Part shown: piece after piece, positions 37,431-47,534 of the stretch
How positions within the stretch are numbered: position 1 is the first letter of the stretch
Layout of the letters: every line of letters begins with the position of its first letter
Assembly: GCA_964247295.1 (NCBI GenBank)
Contig: CAXTTV010000003.1
Location: 8,681-69,445 of the forward strand
Length of the DNA stretch: 60,765 nt
Source: an uncultured Ktedonobacteraceae bacterium
GTDB lineage: Bacteria; Chloroflexota; Ktedonobacteria; Ktedonobacterales; Ktedonobacteraceae
Direction of reading: 5' to 3'
Made by a program: the position numbers and the translations under genes
The notes under the pieces: generated by a model
Database searches by the model: none
What the model saw: the letters and a program-made list of their open reading frames with translations, nothing else
Told to the model about the DNA's origin: nothing

Positions 37431-38672
37431 TTAGCCGCGTAGCCGCTCTAACACAGGTGGCTGACGAAGTTTCGCCAGAGCCCCGGCCTCGATCTGTCTG
37501 ACCCGCTCACGAGTAATACCCAGCTCACGTCCCACCTGTTCCAGGGGATGCGCCTGCCCATTGCCCAGGCCAAAGCGAAGCTGAAGGACCAGGCGTTCTC
37601 GGGGTGTAAGAACCGACTCAAGAACTCGCTGAACTTCATCCTTCAGAGTCTGAGTTGTCGCAATCTCTTCTGGCGAGGCCGACTCGGTATCCGCCAGAAC
37701 ATCGCCCAGCTCCTGCTCCTCATCCTCACCGACGGGTAGCTCCAGCGAAACTGGAGCGCCGGGGGCGGCCTGAAGCTCCATCATGCGAACCGGATCGAGT
37801 CCAGTTGCCTCAGCCAGCTCCTGCTCCGTAGGTTCGCGACCAAGCTCCTGAAGCAGGCGCTGACGCTCACGTCGGATGCGGTTAAGAGCGGTATTCACAT
37901 AGACAGGGAGTCGGATCGTGCGGCCCTTATCGGCGACCGCCCGGCTAATCGCCTGACGAATCCACCAGGTCGCGTGGGTTGAGAAACGATGGCCGCGTCG
38001 CCAGTCGTAGCGCTGGACCGCCCGGATCAGCCCAATATTGCCCTCCTGAATCAAGTCCAGAAGAGTCAATCCACGTCCAACGTATCGTTTAGCGATACTC
38101 ACAACCAGGCGCAGGTTGGCGAGAATAAACTGCTTCATCGCATCTCGGTCACCCTGCTCGATCCGTTTCGCCAGCTCAATCTCGCGCTCATGAGTAATCA
38201 TCGGGACCCGGCCAATTTCACGTAGATATGTCATTACGGCATCGGATTCACCCGCATCGGACTCATTCGTTGAGTTCTCATCCTGATCCTCAGACCGGCG
38301 ACGGCGCATAGGAGTGCGACGAAGCGTGGAGGCTTCCTCGTGAGGGACAGTTGGCAGATTAAGCATAGAAACCGCTTCCGCCAGCTCGGGCGCGCCTTCT
38401 AGTTGAGTCAGTTCATCATGCATTTGAGACATTTCTTCCAACTCAATAGGGGCTGGTTCCAGAGTTGTTAGGTCTTCCTCCAGCTCCTGATCTTCCTTTT
38501 CTAACTCGTCCACCTCTTCAATCACATCGTCCGTTGGTGTATAATCGAGATCCTTACCCAGCAATTGCTCGATATCAAACTGCTGGTCCAGATCAGGGAT
38601 TTTCTTTTCATTCTTGTCTAAAAGAAGCGCATTTCCCGTCATGGCACGCTCACGCTGTTGCAGTTCAATCAT
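37431..38672 (-). CDS. rpoD: RNA polymerase primary sigma factor (sigma-70, RpoD/SigA)
   Basis: Regions 1.2-4 are present, including the rpoD box MTYLREIGRVPMITHEREIELAKRIE. Acidic N-terminal region 1.1. Confidence 0.9.
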   Translation of the reverse strand: MIELQQRERAMTGNALLLDKNEKKIPDLDQQFDIEQLLGKDLDYTPTDDVIEEVDELEKEDQELEEDLTTLEPAPIELEEMSQMHDELTQLEGAPELAEAVSMLNLPTVPHEEASTLRRTPMRRRRSEDQDENSTNESDAGESDAVMTYLREIGRVPMITHEREIELAKRIEQGDRDAMKQFILANLRLVVSIAKRYVGRGLTLLDLIQEGNIGLIRAVQRYDWRRGHRFSTHATWWIRQAISRAVADKGRTIRLPVYVNTALNRIRRERQRLLQELGREPTEQELAEATGLDPVRMMELQAAPGAPVSLELPVGEDEEQELGDVLADTESASPEEIATTQTLKDEVQRVLESVLTPRERLVLQLRFGLGNGQAHPLEQVGRELGITRERVRQIEAGALAKLRQPPVLERLRG

Positions 38673-38985
38673 TCTACGCCCTCCATGAAACGTAATATCT
38701 TAAGCAGCAAGATAGCCGTCTATCATTAACACTTTTTCAGTTCCTCACCCAGGGGAATTATCCAATCAACAGGAGATCCTGGTCTGAGCGCCGGTGGGAG
38801 GAGTCAAAAACGTGCTTTCTCTATTTATCTCTTTTAAAAAGCAAACAGAGCCGGACTGGAATTTATTCCTTCGCCATCTTAATTATAACGCATGAACCCC
38901 CGACCTTCTAGTCCTATTTGAGTTTCCATAGAAGCTCGCCAATAAAATGAGTATAGTACTATGTACGTTTGAGTCTTTTTTTAAG

Positions 38986-39666
38986 TCACAATGTCTCGCT
39001 CACAGTTCTGGCTTCCTCCTCGGCCTGTCCTTTCTTCAGGGCTTTGGATCGTACACGAATTCTTCGGAGAATGTTGATACACTGCCACGCCAAAACCAAA
39101 AATATACCGAGGGCCAGAATAAATCCAGAGAAGGCTCCTAAAATATCTCCAACGGTCTCCCAACTAGCGTTGAAAATATAGCCGAGCGTTAAAGGGATAG
39201 CAGCGCCAATGGCTTCTCCAAACAGATCGTACAAAACAAATTTCTTGTACGTGTAGCGGTCCGCGCCCGCGACGATGTTGATCACTCCTCCCAGCCCTGA
39301 CACCAGAAACCGACTAAAAAAGACAGCCCAGCCTCCATGGCGTTGAAAGTACAGACGCGATCGCGAGACAGAATTGGGAGAGATCCATTTGTGCTTTCCC
39401 GGCTTCTCAATGCGATCCAGAAGTTGCCCACCCCAGCGCTTCCCAATCCAGTACCCTACGTTATCTCCACAGCAGGAGGCAGTAACGGTGATAATCTCCA
39501 GCACAAAAATGTTGAAATCTCCGACAACGGCAAATGCTGCCGCAGCCAGCAGCATCAGGCTTATTGGCAGAGGCAATCCAATAGCGGCAATAAAGATGGT
39601 GACCCAGAGCACGGGATAGCCGTACAACTGTACCCAGGTTATCAATACCGGTAGAATCGCGCTCAC
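38986..39666 (-). CDS. DedA/TVP38 (VTT domain) family membrane protein
   Basis: DedA motifs (GDNVGYWIGKRWG, FFSRF). Confidence 0.8.
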   Translation of the reverse strand: MSAILPVLITWVQLYGYPVLWVTIFIAAIGLPLPISLMLLAAAAFAVVGDFNIFVLEIITVTASCCGDNVGYWIGKRWGGQLLDRIEKPGKHKWISPNSVSRSRLYFQRHGGWAVFFSRFLVSGLGGVINIVAGADRYTYKKFVLYDLFGEAIGAAIPLTLGYIFNASWETVGDILGAFSGFILALGIFLVLAWQCINILRRIRVRSKALKKGQAEEEARTVSETL

Positions 39667-40148
39667 CGATCTCCCCCAAAATCTATTCTACATTCCTGAC
39701 GGCCAGGAGCGTTCAGTCTTGTTTGAATCTGCGTTGGCTTTGCGCGCTGTGGATGCTGCCGATGATACTCCTCAATTGCCTGCTGAGTATTTTCGATCAC
39801 TTTGTTCACATCCTGTTTGTTGGTGGTCGCGATCCGCATGAGGGTCAGATGGCGCTGTTCAAAGGGGGTGATCTTTTTTTTGTTAATACGCAACTCCAGG
39901 TATAGATAATTCTCGGGGACATGGTAATGGTGGGCGATATATGGGACCGTCATCCATGGCCGAACTGTCCGCACATCCCCCTTATTCGCGAGCGTGTTCT
40001 GCTGCTGCAAGTGTTGAAGGGCCTGAATCGTGGTTGTCGCTGCTACTGCTGTGATGAGCAGTGCCAGGACAGCAAACAAAGAGATCAGGGTCAGCCGCAC
40101 ACGATCTTTTTTGAGGTTGAGATATCTTGACGAGTTATTCACTAACAA
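39663..40148 (-). CDS. Hypothetical membrane-anchored protein
   Basis: N-terminal TM helix LTLISLFAVLALLITAV. No recognisable domain. 4-nt overlap with the DedA start. Confidence 0.35.
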   Translation of the reverse strand: MLVNNSSRYLNLKKDRVRLTLISLFAVLALLITAVAATTTIQALQHLQQQNTLANKGDVRTVRPWMTVPYIAHHYHVPENYLYLELRINKKKITPFEQRHLTLMRIATTNKQDVNKVIENTQQAIEEYHRQHPQRAKPTQIQTRLNAPGRQECRIDFGGDR

Positions 40149-40621
40149 CTAGAATAGCACTCATGGATGCATTTCCGCAAGGCAAAAAAATTGATGTCAA
40201 GATCGGGCGGGTCGATGCTTCTCTGCCTCTACCAACATATGCTACTTCTGGCTCCGTTGGGTTCGATCTTTTCTGTCGTATAGATACGGAGGTTCCGCCT
40301 CGCTCGCTGGGTATGATACCTGGCAATGTAATTGTGCAGACACCTTCCGGTTATATGCTATTGTTGACGCTGCGCAGTAGTACGCCGCGCCGCAAGGGGC
40401 TACTGGCCCCTCATGGAGTTGGAATTATCGACCAGGATTACTGTGGTGAGGGTGATGAGCTGATGATCCAGGTGTATAATTTTCTAGATACGCCGGCTCT
40501 GGTTCAGCGCGGAGAGCGGATCGCTCAAGGAATATTTGTCCCGATCGCGCAAGCTCATTGGCAAGACATGGACGAGATTGGTCATGGTCGTGGTGGGTTT
40601 GGAAGTACCGGGGAGTTTTAA
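40127..40621 (+). CDS. dut: dUTP diphosphatase (dUTPase)
   Basis: ATSGSVGFDL, RSS..KG and GIIDQDYCGE dUTPase motifs. Start ambiguous (TTG 40127 or ATG 40163). Confidence 0.8.
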   Translation: MTSYSLTTRIALMDAFPQGKKIDVKIGRVDASLPLPTYATSGSVGFDLFCRIDTEVPPRSLGMIPGNVIVQTPSGYMLLLTLRSSTPRRKGLLAPHGVGIIDQDYCGEGDELMIQVYNFLDTPALVQRGERIAQGIFVPIAQAHWQDMDEIGHGRGGFGSTGEF

Positions 40622-40623
40622 CG

Positions 40624-40917
40624 ATGCCAGAGAATTATTATACGCTGCTGCATATCGCCCGTACTGCCTCACTGGAGGAGGTCCGCCGGGCCTACTATCA
40701 ACAGGTTCGCCTTCATCATCCCGATGTAAACCAACAGCAGAACGATCTCACGATTAAACGCCTGAACGAGGCCTATACTGTTCTGCGCGATCCCACGCGT
40801 CGAGCGGCGTACGATAAACAGCTTCGGACCTCGTATCGCTCCTCCGAAGAGAAAATGACTTGGGTGCAGGGGATGTTTGGGTTTGTGCGCGAGCTCAAGA
40901 AAAACATGCGCGACTGA
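40624..40917 (+). CDS. J-domain (DnaJ-like) protein
   Basis: ATG at 40624 immediately after the dut stop. YYTLLHIARTASLEEVRRAYYQQVRLHHPDVN carries the HPD motif. The track ORF 40558 is an N-terminal over-extension into dut. Confidence 0.75.
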   Translation: MPENYYTLLHIARTASLEEVRRAYYQQVRLHHPDVNQQQNDLTIKRLNEAYTVLRDPTRRAAYDKQLRTSYRSSEEKMTWVQGMFGFVRELKKNMRD

Positions 40918-41340
40918 AAATCTGTTACTCGTTGGATGTGGTGCAGGACGATCCAAGGAATAGTATGCTCCCACCTCGCCAAGGCTGATAGATCGGACCG
41001 CGTGCGTGGCGACGCGTGCCGCATCTGGCGCACCGCGCAAGGCATCGGGTACCCTACCTGATTGGACCCGATGGCATGCCCACGCTTACCGAAGCGCTAC
41101 AACCACACGTAGGGGGCGTCCTTCCTTTGCCAGCCTTTGACATTTTCCAACAGAATCGCTTGCGACTCCCCTATATGGCTTGGGTGCTCTCCATATCACC
41201 TTCCCTTTTCTCACATTTCAATAGAACTGCATATGCCCTAATTGGAACGGTAATCCGAGTAGTTTTCAACCAGGTCTATGAAACAAACGTTTTGCCTGGA
41301 ACGTGCCTTTATGAGAAAAGTAAAGGAAATAGGTGATGAT

Positions 41341-41712
41341 ATGGATGCGAATACCTTTTCTCAGAATGAAACTCCCGATGATTCCTGGCAACAGCCCGCG
41401 AGCGCGGAACAGCGTCAACGCGTGAACGCTCCCTACCAGGCTCCGACGGCCCAGCCAAATCAGCCTCAGAGCCTACCACATCCCAGTGTGATTGCGGCCA
41501 GATTCAACAGCAGGTTGATCAGGCTATCGACCATCTGGCAAGCCAGGTTCCCGGTGGGGATCGCTTCTCCCAGCAAGCGAAAGAGGCAGCCTCAGGCGCG
41601 ATCGATGGTCTGGAGCAGCAACTTCAGGCCGAGCTACAACGGCGTCTGGGGAGCACGGGGGCGGGTTTCCTTGATGGGGGCAACAATAACAACAGTGGTG
41701 GCAGTCTGTAGG
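41341..41712 (+). pseudogene. Gln/Pro-rich hypothetical protein with apparent frame discontinuity (possible frameshifted gene)
   Basis: Frame 1 from ATG 41341 gives MDANTFSQNETPDDSWQQPASAEQRQRVNAPYQAPTAQPNQPQSLPHPS. Past about 41485 frame 1 turns Arg-rich and junk-like. The +2 frame reads CDCGQIQQQVDQAIDHLASQVPGGDRFSQQAKEAASGAIDGLEQQLQAELQRRLGSTGAGFLDGGNNNNSGGSL with a stop at 41710-41712. Confidence 0.3.
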
Positions 41713-41767
41713 AAAGCACGTTCAGATGCGTTGGTGAAAGACCAACAGCGCACGTAAACGTGCTATC

Positions 41768-42631
41768 CTATTTATAGGCGACCACACCAAAGGCCTCGGG
41801 CCGCCGGATAATGCGTGAAAAACCAGCCTCCTGAAGGCGTTTCAAGGACCCCTTGGTGATGGCGCTTCCTGATTTACTGTTGAGATCCCCAATATAATGG
41901 AAGAGCCGGCCTCTGGGCTTTAAGACTCTGAATAGTTGCCGGTAGAACTCACCTGAGTAGAGCTGACCGGCCCGACTAAAAGCTGGTGGATCATGGATAA
42001 TCCGGTCAAAAGAGTTATTCTCTAGCTCGGGGACCAGTTCATAGGCATCCCCGAGCAGTTGCTGCACTTTGGGATTTGTGAGTAACGGCTGCGACCACGG
42101 GTTTTCTCGAAGGATCGCCTGAGCTCCAGGGTCAAATTCAATGGTTACCACCTCGGAGGCGGTGCGAGCGGCCTCGATCGCAGTATAGCCTAGGCCAGTG
42201 GCGGTGTCGAGGACGCGACCGACAAGGGGCTGGATCGTCGTAACCTTTTTCAGCGTATCCTGCCAGGGATCGATATCTTTGATCCGGTGCATAATAAAGC
42301 CGGAGAGCAGCATACTGGGCGCGCCAGCGGTGGGGTAGAGGCTACAGATCAACCCGGTCTTCTCGGAATAGACCTGAATAGCCCCAACACTGTTATTGTC
42401 ATCGACGCGAAAGCAGCGGGAGTCGGCCTCTGCAATCTTCCTGGCATCCTCCCAGCGTAGCAGCTCACCAGTAGGGAAACGCGCTCCCGACCCCTCGATT
42501 CTTACCTCAACCTGTGTTCTACCAAGATCCGGCGAGATTTCCATGGTAGAAGCACCTGTTCGCTGAGCATGTAAGAGGGGCCTGATCTGGTATAACGACA
42601 GGACGATTGACATAACTTTACTTCCTTTCAA
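41768..42631 (-). CDS. Class I SAM-dependent methyltransferase (DPPF-motif, probable RNA/N-methyltransferase)
   Basis: TATGLGYTAIEAA (motif I-like) and IHDPPAF (motif IV of N-methyltransferases). Confidence 0.6.
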   Translation of the reverse strand: MKGSKVMSIVLSLYQIRPLLHAQRTGASTMEISPDLGRTQVEVRIEGSGARFPTGELLRWEDARKIAEADSRCFRVDDNNSVGAIQVYSEKTGLICSLYPTAGAPSMLLSGFIMHRIKDIDPWQDTLKKVTTIQPLVGRVLDTATGLGYTAIEAARTASEVVTIEFDPGAQAILRENPWSQPLLTNPKVQQLLGDAYELVPELENNSFDRIIHDPPAFSRAGQLYSGEFYRQLFRVLKPRGRLFHYIGDLNSKSGSAITKGSLKRLQEAGFSRIIRRPEAFGVVAYK

Positions 42632-42705
42632 CCCAATAGTACGTCTGCCATTATAGCATTTGATGCGCGAGTAACGACCTCGTTTATCCTGTCAAGGTAT
42701 GAAAG

Positions 42706-42732
42706 GTGGACCCATGATTTTCATGGGTCCAC
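42706..42732. promoter_or_regulatory. Perfect 12-bp-stem hairpin/palindrome GTGGACCCATGA-TTT-TCATGGGTCCAC in divergent intergenic region
   Basis: Read directly. No adjacent U-tract on either strand, so it is not a canonical terminator. Confidence 0.4.
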
Positions 42733-42883
42733 TCGCGTAGAGAGAGTTTTAGGTACAAATGCGGATGGACATCTGAGTAATCCATAGTAATTACTAAATC
42801 GTGATAGTAATAGAGACATCCATCAAATAATCCTTTTTGGTGGATGTCCTATCCTGGCAGTCGTTGTTGAAAGGGGCCTTCTA

Positions 42884-43603
42884 TTGTTTGAGTTATTAAG
42901 TGCCATTGGTGGTATTATTCTTGTAGATCTGGTTTTAAGTGGAGATAATGCTCTGGTGATTGGGGCCGCCGCATCTAGCTTACCCCGCAAACAACGTCTC
43001 CTGGCGATCACAGCAGGTGGGAGCGCGGCGATTGTGCTCCGGATCATTTTCGCGATTATCGCTACCTTGCTGCTTCGACTTCCACTACTTCAAGCTATAG
43101 GAGCAGTATTACTTATTTTTATTGCGATCAAGTTGCTCTCTGAGCGCGACACTCAAGAAAGCATGCACTCACAGGCGAGCGAGATCAATACTCCTAAGGA
43201 GATAAAATCCGTCAGTTTTTTATCAGCCTTTGTCACAATTTTGATCGCGGATGTCACGATGAGTTTGGATAATGTGCTGGCGGTTGGCGCGATTGCGAAT
43301 GGAAATATTACCACTCTTGCTCTTGGGATAGTGGTGAGTATTCTTTTGATCCTGGTTGGTAGTACGCTGGTGGCAGAGGTTATCAGTAAGGTGCCCTGGT
43401 TGATGGATATAGCGTCTCTGGTACTGGCCTGGACGGCGGCGCAGATGATGTTAAATGATCTGCGTCTGGGTCCGATTCTGGCGAATTATTCCTGGTCTTC
43501 CTATGTATTGTCCGCTCTGGCGTTATCAACAGTTTTGATCGCGGATATCTTATTGCGTCGCCGGGATACTCGTCGTGCGAAAGAGGCGATCGTCAAACAA
43601 TAA
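42884..43603 (+). CDS. TerC-family integral membrane protein
   Basis: VDLVLSGDNALVIGAAAS and a second DNVLAVGAIA repeat are typical of TerC/UPF0053. TTG start. Confidence 0.8.
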   Translation: MFELLSAIGGIILVDLVLSGDNALVIGAAASSLPRKQRLLAITAGGSAAIVLRIIFAIIATLLLRLPLLQAIGAVLLIFIAIKLLSERDTQESMHSQASEINTPKEIKSVSFLSAFVTILIADVTMSLDNVLAVGAIANGNITTLALGIVVSILLILVGSTLVAEVISKVPWLMDIASLVLAWTAAQMMLNDLRLGPILANYSWSSYVLSALALSTVLIADILLRRRDTRRAKEAIVKQ

Positions 43604-43786
43604 GGTCTCAAGTGTTGTTGGATGGGCTTCGCGTGTGCGCCCCTGGGACCACATTGTACCATCAAAAAACATTTTCGTGGCAAGTATGAGGGTGCCCCCT
43701 GGCTGGCCGTATCCAGTTTGATCCTCTTCCACCTCTATGCTACTATTTTACAAGGACGAATTTTTAGCGATATATAGAGGTTCAGC

Positions 43787-44836
43787 ATGCTTTTCTCTTT
43801 TGTTCTCGCTGTGACGGTAAATGTAAGGCCGGCCACAATCTCCCAATATTTGTTTACAGCCGCACTTTTAACACTGGTGCTGATGACCTGGGCCTATATT
43901 TTGTACACAGTGGGTTCGGCCCGGTTGGCGAAGCAATTGGATGGAACGGCAGAGGTTGCCGCAAGTTCTTCTAACCATAGCTTGCTGGCCTCGGCTGCCA
44001 GTGGAGTAGCGACAATGGCCCGTGACCATGTGATTCTTCATGAGCAGCCTGATGGCGAGCGACCAATTCCCCTTAATCCCCGGTTGATCTCTTTAGGGCG
44101 CGCGGGCAGCATGTTAGGCTGGCTCACACTCGCTCTGCTAATTTTTTCGCAAGTGCTGCGAACGATTGTAACCCAGCATGCCCCCTGGAGCGATCTCTAC
44201 GAGTTCAGTTTAAGCTTTACAGCGGCTCTGCTGCTGGCCTATCTGGTATTTGAGGTACGCTTTCATGAGCGGGTTAAAGCCTGGGGCTTGTACGTTTGCC
44301 TGCTGGCCCTGATTACCCTGGTGGTGGCCCTCTACATTGGGGTGAGCTACAATATTGTCACAGCCAGTTCTCAGTTAATTCCGGCGCTCCAGGATAAAAC
44401 CATTCTGACAATCCATGTCGCGATGGCGGTTTTTGCCTATGCGATGTTCAGCGTGGCGTTTGGCGCGGGCCTGATTATGCTGGTCCAGGGAGGAGAGGGA
44501 CAGCGCTATCGCTGGTTGCCCTCGGCTGAGGCAGCCGATGAGCTCTCGTACAAGGCCGTAATTGTAGGCTTCCCATTGCTGGCCCTGAACCTGATTCTTG
44601 GGGCTTACTGGGCGAATTATGCCTGGGGCCATTATTGGAGTTGGGACCCGAAAGAGACCTCCGCCCTGATTACCTGGCTGATCTATGCCGTCTATCTCCA
44701 TGCGCGGGGTATTCGTGGCTGGCGCGGTCAGCGGATCGGCTGGATTTTGACGATCGGTTTTCTGGCGACATTATTCACCTATTATGGTGTCAGTTTCTTT
44801 GTTCCCAGTCTGCATAGTTATGCAACTCCTAAATAA
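43787..44836 (+). CDS. ccsA: Cytochrome c-type biogenesis protein CcsA/ResC (System II)
   Basis: WWD domain ANYAWGHYWSWDPKETSALITWLIYAVYLH, with multiple TM helices. Confidence 0.8.
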   Translation: MLFSFVLAVTVNVRPATISQYLFTAALLTLVLMTWAYILYTVGSARLAKQLDGTAEVAASSSNHSLLASAASGVATMARDHVILHEQPDGERPIPLNPRLISLGRAGSMLGWLTLALLIFSQVLRTIVTQHAPWSDLYEFSLSFTAALLLAYLVFEVRFHERVKAWGLYVCLLALITLVVALYIGVSYNIVTASSQLIPALQDKTILTIHVAMAVFAYAMFSVAFGAGLIMLVQGGEGQRYRWLPSAEAADELSYKAVIVGFPLLALNLILGAYWANYAWGHYWSWDPKETSALITWLIYAVYLHARGIRGWRGQRIGWILTIGFLATLFTYYGVSFFVPSLHSYATPK

Positions 44837-44961
44837 CCCCTGAGGAGAAGGCCCCTGAGAAGCCTGTCAATCTACTTGACACCCTGGAACGCGAGGGATA
44901 AGATAATGAAATGTAAACAAGACGTTCCGGGTAGCCTTCCTCCTCAAGAAGGGGTCCATTT

Positions 44962-45447
44962 ATGTCTTTTCAGATCTGTATCAAGACAAATAAAACGCTT
45001 CAACAGCTTGCCACAGAGATCCAGCGCCTATGTTCGCTTCCTCCTTTTTCCGAAAATGCTTTCTCAGGCGAGCCCTATTGCCAGTTCGAGATGCTCGGCA
45101 TGCTCATTCTGATCCAACGTTCCGATGAGGAGGAGCGTGATCCCGAGGTTCGCGATTTCCCCTTTAGCTTTAATCTACAGATGTCTTTTACTGATCATAA
45201 TCTGGATACGGATGAGATGGAGTATCATCTCCAGCCGTATTATGCCCAACTTCTCTCTTTTAATCTAGGACTGGATACCGCCTATCCTGAGAAAAAACAG
45301 GTGGATCAGAACTGGCAGGTCCGCTATCGCTTCTGTCGTAAAAATCCCGAATGGCGGTCCGATTTGCTTTTTGGGGAGAAAGGCTGGCAGCCAGCAATTA
45401 TTGAGAACCCTCCCAGTACCTGGCGCGCTCTATTTCCGATGTTTTGA
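44962..45447 (+). CDS. Hypothetical protein
   Basis: ORF only. Confidence 0.3.
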   Translation: MSFQICIKTNKTLQQLATEIQRLCSLPPFSENAFSGEPYCQFEMLGMLILIQRSDEEERDPEVRDFPFSFNLQMSFTDHNLDTDEMEYHLQPYYAQLLSFNLGLDTAYPEKKQVDQNWQVRYRFCRKNPEWRSDLLFGEKGWQPAIIENPPSTWRALFPMF

Positions 45448-45545
45448 TTGTGCCTTTTTACCTTGTTGCATTCCTTCTTCAATGCCACCTTTTACCGTTC
45501 CGCTGTTCCACATGTTTTGTGTAACAACTTTGGAGGTAACACCTG

Positions 45546-47180
45546 ATGGACAACGTTCAGTCTGGCTCGGGCGCGCCGGGTGGTCGCCCTGTAATCACCA
45601 AGCAGGATATGCGTGTACTCTCCGATCTTTCTCGCTACAATTGTGCCGCCTTTGAGCCGTTTGTGGCTTTTATTTATGAGAGCCCCACAGGTGATGACCC
45701 CCTCCTTTATTCCAACGTAGAGCTGGCACGTGAAGCCTCTCAACTTGCAGCCGGTCTGCAAGGGATCGGGATTGAGAAGGGCGATCGTGTAATTGTGATG
45801 ATGTTTAATGGTCCTCAGGTGGTTATTGCCTATCAGGCGATCGCGCGCGCGGGCGCGATCATTATTCCTGTGCTGCCTCTGCTCAAGGGGCCAGAGGTGC
45901 GCTTTATCGTGGAGAACTCGGGCGCGAAGGCGATTTTTACCAACAATCTTTTTCTGCCGACTCTGCAACAGGCGATCGGGACTCTATCCACAATGCAGGC
46001 TTTCATCGGGGTAGGAGATCTCAGCAACTTTAGCGATTTTCAGTCGAAGGGGCAGCTTTACGCTTACCCAGATCTGGTCGAGCGGGGTCAGGATCACGCC
46101 GAGGATTATTTGACGAGCAGTGCTCTGGTCGATATCGAGCCAGATGATGCGGCGGCGATCCTCTATACCTCGGGAACCACGGGCCAGCCCAAAGGCGTGG
46201 TTTTAACGCATCGCAACCTGGTTGCCAATGCGTTGAGCGGCTTTACGAATATCTCTAAAGATGGAGTTCAAGAGACGCAGCTCTCGATCCTTCCGTTGGC
46301 CCATGCCTATGGGATCATCTCATCCAATGTGAGTTTTCTGAATGGGGCTCAATCGGTAATGCAGCCTCGCTTCGATCCTACGGCTGTTCTTAAAGCGATC
46401 GAGCGGTATAAAATCAGTTCATTCGCGGGTGTGCCAGCGATGTTTGTGGCCTTGCTGTACGCGCCTGATGCCGATAAGTATGATACCAGTAGTTTAACGT
46501 ATTGTGTCTCAGGATCAGCACCGCTCCCCCTGGCGATTCTGACGGCCTTTGAGCAGAAGTTTCACTGTAAGATTCTTGAGGGGTATGGACTCTCCGAGGC
46601 CAGCGCGATGCTGACGGGGCATTCCATCACTATGCTTCAAAAGCCGGGCTCGGTTGGGAAGGCTGTTGAGGGCGTGGATCTTCGGATTGTCGACGATAAT
46701 GACCAGTCCCTGCCAAAGGGGGAGGTTGGAGAGATTATCGCGCGTGGTTCTAACATTATGCAAGGCTATTATCAATTACCGGCTGAGACGAGTCTTACGA
46801 TGCGCAATGGCTGGTTGCATACCGGTGATATGGGCTATCTCGATGAAGATGATTATCTCTACATTGTGGAGCGCAAAAAGGATCTGATCATTCGAGGGGG
46901 CTTTAATGTTTACCCTCGCGATATTGAGGAGGTTCTTAATAACCATCCAGCGGTCCTGGAGTCGGCTGTCATTGGCGTTCCCTCAGAGCTTATGGGAGAA
47001 GAGGTCAAGGCCTTTGTTGTGCGTCGTAACCCTGTAGATGCCGAGGAACTGATGGCATACAGTCGTCAGTTGCTTGCCAACTATAAGACTCCAAGTCGGA
47101 TCACCTTTGTGGATGAACTACCCCGAAACGCGATTGGCAAGATTGACAAAAAGATTTTGCGACAGCAGCATAATTTGTAA
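45546..47180 (+). CDS. AMP-dependent acyl-CoA synthetase/ligase (fatty-acid-CoA ligase family)
   Basis: AMP-binding motif LYTSGTTGQPKGVVLTHRNL, plus GYGLSE and the C-terminal conserved Lys region. Confidence 0.9.
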   Translation: MDNVQSGSGAPGGRPVITKQDMRVLSDLSRYNCAAFEPFVAFIYESPTGDDPLLYSNVELAREASQLAAGLQGIGIEKGDRVIVMMFNGPQVVIAYQAIARAGAIIIPVLPLLKGPEVRFIVENSGAKAIFTNNLFLPTLQQAIGTLSTMQAFIGVGDLSNFSDFQSKGQLYAYPDLVERGQDHAEDYLTSSALVDIEPDDAAAILYTSGTTGQPKGVVLTHRNLVANALSGFTNISKDGVQETQLSILPLAHAYGIISSNVSFLNGAQSVMQPRFDPTAVLKAIERYKISSFAGVPAMFVALLYAPDADKYDTSSLTYCVSGSAPLPLAILTAFEQKFHCKILEGYGLSEASAMLTGHSITMLQKPGSVGKAVEGVDLRIVDDNDQSLPKGEVGEIIARGSNIMQGYYQLPAETSLTMRNGWLHTGDMGYLDEDDYLYIVERKKDLIIRGGFNVYPRDIEEVLNNHPAVLESAVIGVPSELMGEEVKAFVVRRNPVDAEELMAYSRQLLANYKTPSRITFVDELPRNAIGKIDKKILRQQHNL

Positions 47181-47212
47181 AGCAGAGCTGCTTTATCAAG
47201 AGGAGATTTTTT

Positions 47213-47491
47213 ATGGTAACCGCTTTAGTCTTGATCAACGTACAGCGTGGTCAGGTAGATGAGACGGCTCAGGCTCTATTAGAGATCGAAGGGGTGGCTG
47301 AAGTTTACTCCGTTACGGGCGAGTATGATCTGGTTGTTCAGCTTCGCCTGCCAGAATATGAGGCCCTGGCCGGTGCTGTCACAAGTCACATGCTGAAGAT
47401 CTCCTCGATTACCAAAACCCATACCTTGATGGCCTTTCAACGTTTCTCAAAAGCTGATCTTCAGCAGGCCTGGGATCTGGGGATCGAGTAG
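47213..47491 (+). CDS. Stand-alone Lrp/AsnC-type ligand-binding (RAM) domain protein
   Basis: 92 aa. LVLINVQRGQVDETAQALLEIEGVAEVYSVTGEYDLVVQLRL matches the AsnC C-terminal domain pattern. Confidence 0.7.
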   Translation: MVTALVLINVQRGQVDETAQALLEIEGVAEVYSVTGEYDLVVQLRLPEYEALAGAVTSHMLKISSITKTHTLMAFQRFSKADLQQAWDLGIE

Positions 47492-47534
47492 CCTGATCTT
47501 TCTTAAAAAGATCGGGGAAGATGAGGAGTCTGCG

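Noticed and set aside
40558-40623. N-terminal extension of track ORF 40558..40917
   Set aside because: Overlaps the dut 3' end. The J-domain gene starts at ATG 40624.
41016-41336. 106-aa ORF
   Set aside because: No RBS or domain, and overlaps the intergenic promoter region. Cannot be supported.
42688-42746. yybP-ykoY Mn2+ riboswitch upstream of TerC
   Set aside because: Only short partial matches (UGUCAAGG, GUAGAGAGAG), in an order inconsistent with my recollection of the consensus on either strand. Kept only as an unclassified structured leader.
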